DNA from: Macrostomum lignano | Lineage: Eukaryota | NCBI GenBank assembly: GCA_002269645.1 | Contig: NIVC01002623.1 | Location: 62,001 to 126,000, forward strand | DNA: 64,000 bases | Direction of reading: 5' to 3' | In this document: one piece after another, positions 38,511 through 47,900 of the stretch | Numbering within the stretch: the stretch's first letter is position 1 | How the letters are laid out: the number at the start of each line of letters is the position of its first letter | The notes under the pieces: model-generated | What the model was told of the DNA's origin: nothing | The model's database searches: none | Seen by the model: the letters and a program-made list of their open reading frames with translations, nothing else | Translations under genes and position numbers: made by a program

Positions 38511-38546
38511 GCGGGGGTCGGGCTAACGATTTCTCTAAACTGAAAA

Positions 38547-38610
38547 AGCATAAATCAGAAGCACAGAGCCCATCTGTCAATCAGTAAGCACTGGGGTGTC
38601 ATTAGTGACA
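38547..38610. promoter_or_regulatory. Conserved noncoding element containing TGATTGACAG, copy B
   Basis: Homologous to 31828-31890; CTGTCAATCA at 38574-38583. Confidence 0.45.
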
Positions 38611-38847
38611 ATCGGGTATTATATAAATAACGAAACTCAAAGTGTCAACAAAGCTTTTATTTTATTCGATGAACTGAATTTCCAGGCAAAAAACGCAATC
38701 AGACTCTCTCAGACTCTCTGGCATGAGCTGTCATTCCTGCTTTGGAAGAGAATAAGAAAATTGAAAGCAAACCTCTGAATATTTAACAATAATCTCAGTA
38801 CCTTTTTGCCAGTTGTCACTCAAACTACTTTTAATAATTTGCCATCA

Positions 38848-39737
38848 GTCCCAGTCACTCCTCATCAATCCCAGTCACTCCTCACCAATCCCAGTCACTC
38901 CTCACCAATCCCAGTCACTCCTCACCAATCCCAGTCACTCCTCACCAATCCCAGTCACTCCTCACCAATCCCAGTCACTCCTCACCAATCCCAGTCACTC
39001 CTCACCAATCCCAGTAACTCCTCACCAATCCTAGTCACTCTCATCAATCCTAGTCACTCTCATCAATCCCAGTCACTCCCCAGCAATCCCAGTCACTCCT
39101 CACCAATCCCAGTCACTCCTCACCAATCCCAGTCACTCCTCACCAATCCCAGTCACTCCTCACCAATCCCAGTCACTCCTCACCAATCCCAGTCACTCTC
39201 ATCAATCCCAGTCACTCCTCACCAATCCTAGTCACTCTCATCAATCCCTGTCACTCCTCACCAATCCCTGTCACTCCTCACTAATCCCTGTCACTCCTCA
39301 CTAATCCCTGTCACTCCTTAGCAATCCCTGTCACTCCTCACCAATCCCAGTCACTCCTCACCAATCCTAGTCACTCTTATCAATCCCAGTCACTCCCCAG
39401 CAATCCCAGTCACTCCTCAGCAATCCCAGTCACTCCCCAGCAATCCCAGTCACTCTTCAGCAATCCCAGTCACTCCTTAGCAATCCCAGTCACTCCCCAG
39501 CAATCCCTGCCACTCTCCAGCAATCCCAGTCACTCCCCAGCAATCCCAGTCACTCCCCAGCAATCCCAGTCACTCCTCAGCAATCCCAGTCACTCTTCAG
39601 CAATCCCAGTCACTCCTCAGCAATCCCAGTCACTCTCCAGCAATCCCAGTCACTCTTCAGCAATCCCAGTCACTCCTTAGCAATCCCAGTCACTCCCCAG
39701 CAATCCCTGCCACTCTCCAGCAATCCCAGTCACTCCC
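38848..39737. repeat. 20-bp minisatellite CCCAGTCACTCC(T/C)CA(C/G)CAAT, copy B
   Basis: About 44 units abutting the methyltransferase stop codon. Confidence 0.95.
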
Positions 39738-39746
39738 CCGCTGAAG

Positions 39747-41452
39747 TCACGGACGCTCGGCCGCCACCAGGAGGTTAATGTTGGAGAACAGCTCGGCTTC
39801 GGGGTCTCCCTGCTGCAGCGTCGGCAGCCCCTGGCCCAGCAGCTCGGCGACCTCCTCCTTGGTGATGCGGCCGAGGCTGGCCAGCTCATGCAGCGAGTGC
39901 TTCACGTACGCGTCGACGTAGAAGTCGCCGAGCGGCGAGCGAAGCCGGTCGTGCAGGACGAAGGCGTCCCGAAGGCGCACCTCGAAGCCCGCGGCGGCGA
40001 GCGCGGAGCAGCAGCGGGCGGTGACGGGCGAGGCGGCGGGCCGCAGGAGGTCGGCGAGACGCGCCTGGACGGCCAGGGCGGCCGGGTTGGCGGCCTCGGA
40101 GGCGAACAGCTGCAGGGTGTCGTGAATGAAGTCCAGGATCACCAGGCGGCCGCCAGGACGCAGAGCCGAGCGGACGGCGGCCAGGGCGGTGGCGGTGTCG
40201 GCCAGGTGGTGGTACACGTTGGCCATCACGGCCAGGTCGAAGGCGCCTCCTGCCGGCAGCACCGACGCCAGGTCCTCGGCGCTGCTCACTGCAAAGCGCG
40301 CGTTCGGGCGGCTCGCGAGCCGCGGCGCAAGGCGCTCGGCCAGTCTTGGCTCCGGGTCAACCAAGGTCACGCCGCCGGACGGGCCCACCGTGTCGCAGTA
40401 GAACTCGAGCAGCGGGGCGAAGCCGCAGCCCAGCTCGAGCACCTGCTGGCCTGGAAGCGGAATGAAGGTGAAGGGTGAGAATAGTAGGGGCTGTATCTTA
40501 GTGGTCCAGCGGCGCTCGTAGATGCCAGCGGCCCAGGCTCGATTCCAAGTGCAGTCAACATTAATTTGGGGCTAAATTGCTTCGCACCTGCTCAGGGGAG
40601 TTGGCGGAATGGGCAGCGATAACGTGCGCCATGGTGCACACAGCCCCCTGACCCCTAATAGAAAGGTGAGAATAGGTTGTGTGTCCCGATTGGGTGAGCA
40701 CAGCATGCCTGTGCAGCATACAGGGGGACCCAAAGGCACTTTCCAATTCCATCTGTCAACGGAAAACCCGCAGTTAGGAATGCCCATTCTGCCTCTCCGG
40801 ATCTCAGGCCCGACAATTTCTATCAACTCGACCGCGACCTGAGGGCGGACAAAGCAACCATCCACCTTCTGGACTCTTCGTAGGGGGGCCGCGCTGCGGA
40901 CACCAGCACCACCGAAGCTCCCTGTGTGACAGCGCAGCACCAGCTGGATGGTCAGGTGCACCAGGTTATCCTGGATGGATCAAGTGTGCCAGGTGTGTCC
41001 TGGATGGGTCAGGTGTACCAGGTGTGTCCTGGATGGGTCAAGTGTGCCAGGGGTGCCCTGGATGGGTCAGGTGTACCAGGTGTGTCCTGGATGGGTCAGG
41101 TGTACCAGGTGTGTCCTGGATGGGTCAGGTGTACCAGGTGTGTCCTGGATGGGTCAGGTGTACCAGGTGTGTCCTGGATGGGTCAGGTGTACCAGGTGTG
41201 TCCTGGATGGGTCAGGTGTACCAGGTGTGTCCTGGATGGGTCAGGTGTGCCAGGTGTGTCCTAGATAGGTCAGGTGTGTCCTGGATGGGTCAGGTGTGTA
41301 GAAATCTGCATTTCCTTTTCACTCTCACCTTCTGCTAGACCGGCTTTCTTAAGAAAGTCAGTCAGCCTGTCCTTCTTCAGTTCAAAGTCGCGCTTTAAGA
41401 TGTCTTCGAAGTCAAAAAAGTCGTGTTGATGCTGCTGGTGACTCTGCGACAT
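39747..41452 (-). CDS. Class I SAM-dependent methyltransferase (UbiE/Methyltransf_11/31-like, resembling prokaryotic PRK08317-type proteins), 275 aa; exons 41329-41452, 39747-40450
   Basis: Motif I GQQVLELGCG, VGPSGGVTLVD, FDLAVMANVYHHL and ALRPGGRLVILD. A phase-1 GT-AG intron (40451-41328) joins ...KAGLAE|GQQV in frame (828 nt). Confidence 0.87.
40487..40557 (+). mobile_element. Degenerate tRNA-derived element (SINE head or tRNA pseudogene)
   Basis: GGGGCTG-TATCTTAGTGG (A box, 1 mismatch) and GGCTCGATTCC at 40536-40546 (B box, 1 mismatch) at tRNA spacing over 71 nt. D and T stems are broken, so it is not a functional tRNA. Confidence 0.4.
40945..41298. repeat. 29-bp minisatellite GGATGGGTCAGGTGTACCAGGTGTGTCCT in the methyltransferase intron
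   Basis: About 12 units. Confidence 0.95.
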
Positions 41453-41764
41453 TGCTCAAAAAGCATAAGCAGGTTTTTGAAAGCGCAATTTCTAATTCAT
41501 AACCGCCAATATGAGCAGCCTTGAAGCTATACTCGGGTTTCTAAAGTAGCTAATACTTGGGCTAGGTTGGCAATTCATACGATTGAATTAGTCAAGGGTT
41601 AGGGGCTAGACTGGGTGTCGCCGAACAAAACCAAGTAATCCCGCTCAGAAAATTGACATTGACAACAGGCACTTAAGAGCCAGAGTGGAATTATAAATTG
41701 CTGTAGAAAACATTCAAGCATTTTTTATGGCTCTATGGAAAAGAACGTTGCGATTTATCCGCAT

Positions 41765-42240
41765 CACTCCGCTAGCACCCCCCTCACTCCACTGGCACCC
41801 ACCTCCCTCCGCTAGCACCCCCCTCACTCCACTGGCACCCACCTCCCTCCGCTAGCACCCCCCTCACTCCACTGGCACCCACCTCCCTCCGCTAGCACCC
41901 CCCTCACTCCACTGGCACCCACCTCCCTCTGCTAGCACCCCCCTCACTCCACTGGCACCCACCTCCCTCCGCTAGCACCCCCTCACTCCACTGGCACCCA
42001 CCTCCCTCCGCTAGCACCCCCCTCACTCCACTGGCACCCACTTCCCTCCGCTAGCACCCCCCTCACTCCACTGGCACCCACTTCCCTCCGCTGGAACCCA
42101 CCTCACGCCGATGACACCCTAATGGCACCCACCTCACTTCGCTGATACCCACCTCACTCCGCTAACACCCACCTCACTCCGCTAACACCCACCTCACGCC
42201 GCTGACACTCACCTCACGCCGCTGACTCTCACCTCACTCC
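41765..42240. repeat. 20/40-bp minisatellite CACTCCGCTAGCACCC(C/A)CCT (left arm of an inverted pair)
   Basis: Reverse complement of the unit at 44258-44472. Confidence 0.9.
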
Positions 42241-42937
42241 ATTTCATTGGATTATACAAGGGCTAGATTAGCAATGCATTAATTTGTTAGAAATTCACTG
42301 CACATCACAAATTACAATGTCATTACTCGTATATATTATGCTACCTAATGCTGAATCGAATATGCAGAGAAATTAATAAAAAAGAGCTTTTGAGCAGTTG
42401 ATTTGCGCATCAAATTGATTATCCTTGCATTGTCAGCTGCAGGTGAACTCTCCAGCGGTTGAATAAACTATTGACTTTTTATTTGGAATGCACTCTGACT
42501 CAATACCAGCTATATAATTGTGAAAGCAGACTGAATTGCAAACAGGCAACAGAAGCAACAAAAGTTTCTTGAAGAAAACCAAAAGTTACAGCGAATTAAA
42601 TGTGGGATTCAACACGGCAACTGGCCGACACCGATAAAAAACTGAAAGCAGAAGACAGAGAAGCCAAAACGAGTGTGGGTACTGAAAGGCAGACAATAGA
42701 GCTGAACTTAGCATTGGCCAGGAGCTCGGGAATACTTGCTGTTGGAAAGAAAAAGTTGCTGACAAATGCACCTTTTGATTCAAGAGCCACCAGCGGAACA
42801 GGATGCTGGAGCGAATGATGATGCAGCTGTAATGGCAGCGTTTAACAAATATAACAACCTTTACTATATTGTTATTCAAGTCACGTCAAGAGAACCCTGG
42901 ATACGAGCGTAGCGCAAAGGGGACTAATTAATGAAGC

Positions 42938-43592
42938 AGTCACGTGATCTCTGGGGATCCACTATTCAGTCACGTGATCTCTGGGGATCCACTATTCAGT
43001 CACGTGATCTCTGGGGATCCACTATTCAGTCACGTGATCTCTGGGGATCCACTATTCAGTCACCTGATCTCTGGGGATCCACTATTTAGTCACGTGACAT
43101 CTGGGATCCACTATTCAGTCACGTGATATCTGATGATCCACTATTCAGTCATGATCTCTGATAATCCACTATTCAGTCACCTGATCTCTGGGATCCACTA
43201 TTCAGTCACATGATCTCTAAGGATCTGCTATTCAGTCACGTGACCTCTGGGATCCACTATTCAGTCACATGACCTCTGATGATCCACTATTGAGTCACGT
43301 GATCTCTGGGGATCCACTATTCAGTCACGTGATCTCTGGGGATCCACTATTCAGTCACATGATCTCTGGGGATCCACTATTGAGTCACGTGATCTCTGGG
43401 GATCCACTATTGAGTCACGTGATCTCTGGGGATCCACTATTGAGTCACGTGATCTCTGGGGATCCACTATTGAGTCACGTGATCTCTGGGGATCCACTAT
43501 TCAGTCACGTGATCGCTGATGATCCACTATTCAGTCACGTGATCGCTGATGATCCACTATTCAGTCACATGATCCCATTATTCAGTCACGTG
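42938..43592. repeat. 30-bp minisatellite CACGTGATCTCTGGGGATCCACTATTCAGT
   Basis: About 21 units. Confidence 0.95.
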
Positions 43593-44257
43593 ATTTCAAA
43601 GCCGGGTTCCTGAAGAAGACACATCTCATGACTCGGTTCAAGCCCGTGTGGCGTGAGAAAAATCCAATAAAATACAAATTGAAACAAAATCCAATTAAAA
43701 CAAAGCCATACACAAAGAGACCCAATCACCGATAAACGCGAGCGCAAATGAAGAAAAACAAAAAAGGAAACTCCAAAAACTGTCAATTATTAAATAACCG
43801 TCGAATGAAAAAAGATTGCAACGTTTTCAACAAAAATCTACTCTGCGTGGAAAGACACAAAAGACCTCTTTGGAGCCAAAGTATTTTTATCAAGCAAACG
43901 AAAAAAATAATTTAGGCAAAAATAAGACATCCAATAAATATTTGACACTTATGCGCAAAATGCTCTGCAACAGTGCACAGGAAACACAACAACAACCAGA
44001 AACCGGTGACCAAAGATCTAACAGCGAACAGAAACAAATAAACCCGCTCAGAAACCATTACATTGATAACAGGTGCCGAAGAGACCAAGCCCGATTGGGA
44101 TTACAAGCATCTATAAATGATGAGCTAATTAAGCAATTTTATACGGCTTTAAGGAAAAAAATTGCATTTATCTGCCGCACTCCGCCGGCAACCACCCCAC
44201 ACTCCGCTTCGCTCATAATTCGAACCGCTGGAAGCCTCTCCAAAAGCCGCAAGCTCG

Positions 44258-44472
44258 AGTGAGGTGGGTGCTAGCGGAGTGAGGTGGGTGCTAGCGGAGT
44301 GAGGTGGGTGCTAGCGGAGTGAGGTTGGTGCTAGCGGAGTGAGGTGGGTGCGAGCGGAGTGAGGTGGGTGCTATCGGAGTGAGGTGGGTGCTAGCGGAGT
44401 GAGGTGGGTGCTAGCGGAGTGAGGTGGGTGCTAGCGGAGTGAGGTGGGTGCTATCGGAGTGAGGTGGGTGCT
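44258..44472. repeat. 20-bp minisatellite GAGGTGGGTGCTAGCGGAGT (right arm of an inverted pair) just past the RBBP6 stop
   Basis: About 10.5 units. Confidence 0.95.
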
Positions 44473-44486
44473 CAGACACTCTCATT

Positions 44487-44886
44487 CTATAGAGCAAAGC
44501 TTTTGCCCACAGTCTTGTCAATGACGCCGTCGTCCACGGAGTTGACGCGCGCATCGTTATAGTCGCATTTTTCCACAACGAAAATATCGTCCCCAATAGA
44601 GCTGTCGCCGCCGTCAGTCTCGGACTCGCATTCGCCCTCCTCTCGATCCGATTCCGTTCTGTCCGGCAGGGCGGCTGCCGACGCGGCCGAGCAGGCCATC
44701 TCTTCGAGTTTTGCCTTATCGAATTGCACGCTTCCGTCGGTGCGGACAGGGGAGATAACGACTGCGGGGGCGTCGGCGATTGGCTGCTGAGCATCGGGAG
44801 CTTCCACAGGCGCAGTAGCTGCCGCCGATGATGTGCCGCTGCTGCAGTACTGATCGATCATCCTGTTGGTTGTGGCGAATTAGAAA

Positions 44887-44930
<44 letters not shown>

Positions 44931-47900
44931 CGAGCCTGCTATGAGTCTCACGTACCTGGAAAAAGTTCGATAGGCCACCGGGCTCGGGCTGACGGTCACG
45001 CGGCGTCGTTTTGGAATCGGCGAGCTGTCATCGCGGCGACGATCACGCGGACTTCGAGGACTCCGAGGACTGCGCGGACAGCGGCGGCCGCGGTGACGAC
45101 TGCGGCTGCGACTGCGGCTTCTACCAGCATCGGCCTTGTCGCTTCTGCCTCGACGTTTGCTGCCGTCATCGGCATTACGGGATCTACCGGAGTGCCGTCT
45201 GGACGACGATCGGGACCGGGACCGGCGCTGCCGACTGCCGCTGTTTCCATAGTAACGACAGTCCCGAACTGGGCGCCTCGAGCTGCGCGATCGGCCGCCG
45301 CGGTCAACAGCAGCAGGCTGGCCGTGGCGGCCGTCAGCGGATGGAATTTGGTGCGCCAGCTGCGCCGAGCGGAACTCGGCCTCGGTGAGCGGCCGGCCGC
45401 CCGTCGGGCCAGCTGAGTAGATCGGCGCGCCCTGATGGGGCAGCGGGTAGGCCAGGCCGGGCTGGCAGTAGTATCCCAGCTGCTGGTAGGCAGCAGCGTA
45501 CGCCATCTGGGCCTGCTGGTAATACTGCACGGCGTAGTCGGCCGCTGTGAAATACCCGCCATTGGCCGCCTGCCATGCGTAGCACTGCGCCGTCTGCTGC
45601 TCGTCCATCGACGCTGGTGGCGGCGGCGGCGTTGGGCCTTTGGACTCGGTCGGAGACGACGGCACTGTGGAGTCTGCGACGGTCGACTGGTTGCGCTGAG
45701 GGGGTGGGGTGGGTGTATCGAAGAGTCAGCCAACTTATGGGGTGTTGTGCAACCCTTCAGGCTGTGTGCAACCCTTCAGGCTGTTGTGTAACCCTTCAGG
45801 CTGTTGTGTAACCCTTCAGGCTGTTGTGTAACCCTTCAGGCTGTTGTGCAACCCTTCAGGCTGTTGTGTAACCCTTCAGGCTGTTGTATAACCCTTCAGG
45901 CTGTTGTGCAACCCTTCAGGCTGTTGTGTAACCCTTCAGGCTGTTGTGCAACCCTTCAGGTGGAAGTTTAACCCTTCAGGCTACTGTGTAACACTTTAGG
46001 TGACATTTCAGATTGTGCAACCCTCAGGCCGTTCTGTGACCCCTTCAGATGGGTTTTGAACACTTTAGACTGTTGTGTAACCCTTCACAATGTTTTCTAA
46101 CTCTTCAGGCTGTTTAAAACCTTCACGCTGCTGGTTAAACCTTCAGGTTGCTATAAGTGTTCCGATAACTTTTGTAAAAAATCTTATGGTAGCTGTTTAA
46201 AACCTTCAGGTTGTATAATTTATAGAAATCATTTTGGACTGTTGGCAAACAGCAAGCGCACTACTCTACTGTAAGTAGAAAGGCGAACCTGATTGTCAGC
46301 AATGAACCTGGCGACCGCTTCGCCCAGATTCCGGTTCGGCACTAGGCAGTCAACGTCGGCCACTTTGTCCCGACAGGCCGGGCAGCGGTGCAGGCTGGGG
46401 CTGCCGGCCTCAAATAGGGCGGCGTGGAGGCAGCGCTTGCAGGCGGTGGCGCCGCAGCAGATGAGGATGTGCGGCTCCTGCATCAGCTGGCGGCACAGGA
46501 GGCAGCGCATGGCGCTCGGCACCGATTGGTCGGAGTCCGCGCGGCACTCAGCGGCCCTCGAGCCGTCGGCAGCGTCAGCGGCGGCGACGACAACGACGGT
46601 AGACTGCGCAGGCGGCGACTGGCTAGCGGCGACTATCCCGGCGTCGGGAGACTGCAAGTCGCTATCGACTTCTTGGTCGGCTCGGCGGGACCGGGGATTT
46701 TCCTCGGCGCTGAACGGCCGCTTCTCCTTCTTGCCCTGCGCCTTCGCCTCGCTTCACGGGTGGGGGCGGGGTGCAGGCTGCAGCGGACACTGGGAGTCTC
46801 ACACCTGGACAGGGGGTGGGGTTGGCCCACTGGGAGTCCCACACAGGGACAGGGGGTGGGGTTGGCCCACTGGGAGTCCCACACAGGGACAGGGGGTGGG
46901 GTTGGCCAATCGGCGGGCACTGGGAGTCTCACACAGGGACAGGGGGTGGGGTTGGCCAATCGGCGGGCACTGGGAGTCCCACACAGGGACAGGGGGTGGG
47001 GTTGGCCAATCGGCGGGCACTGGGAGTCCCACACAGGGACAGGGGGTGGGGTTGGCCAATCGGCGGACACTGGGAGTCCCACACCGGGACAATGGGACAG
47101 ACCATCCCAAAAAGCAAGCCGGCCACTCACGCGTCCATCTTGGGCACGGCGTATCGGCCGTCCTTCATCAGGTAGGCGCCGTCCACTTTGGTCGGCAGGA
47201 TCTGCAGGAAGTCGCTGGGGATGCCGCTCGGCCGCTGCACCCTGGCCGGGTCCAGTCGATTGCCGGAGCAGTCGGTGAGGCCCGGACACTGGCGGGCCCA
47301 GTGCTGGCCGGACACGCGGCACCGGTTGCAGGTGTAGCCGGCGGGCGGCGGACCGTCCGGTCGGGGCTGCTGGCTGCGGAAGCTGCGGCGGGGCGAGGAT
47401 GAAGGAAGAATATGAGAGATTTAATCGCTGTAGGAACTGCTCAGATTGACTCATGGGAATTGTTAGATTCCAGTGCCATTGGGTATCCCTCAGATGCCAG
47501 TGTCATAGGGAATCCCTCAGATGCCAGTGTCATGGGGAATCCCTCAGATGCCAGTGTCATGGGGAATCCCTCAGATGCCAGTGTCATGGGGAACCCCTCA
47601 GATGCCAGTGTCATGGGGAATCCCTCAGATGCCAGTGTCATGGGGAATCCCTCAGATGCCAGTGTCATGGGGAATCCCTCAGATGCCAGTGTCATGGGGA
47701 ATCCCTCAGATGCCAGTGTCATGGGGAATCCCTCAGATGCCAGTGTCATGGGGAACCCCTCAGATTCCAGTGTCATTTTTCAGATGACAAGTGTCAATGA
47801 GAAACTTTGGTCTTTTAAATGTCAGAAAAAGCATACATAGATTTTGATTAAAATTTAAACTGGAGGAAACAGAAAGGGACTTCTTAAACTTTAGGTACGT

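Noticed and set aside
43628-43660. GGTTCAAGCCC B box with T-arm followed by an A-rich tract
   Set aside because: No A box or 5' half recognisable; too little to call a tRNA or SINE.
47468-47775. NF-kB-like GGGGAATCCC in every 27-bp unit
   Set aside because: A single amplified chance match with no supporting sites in unique DNA.
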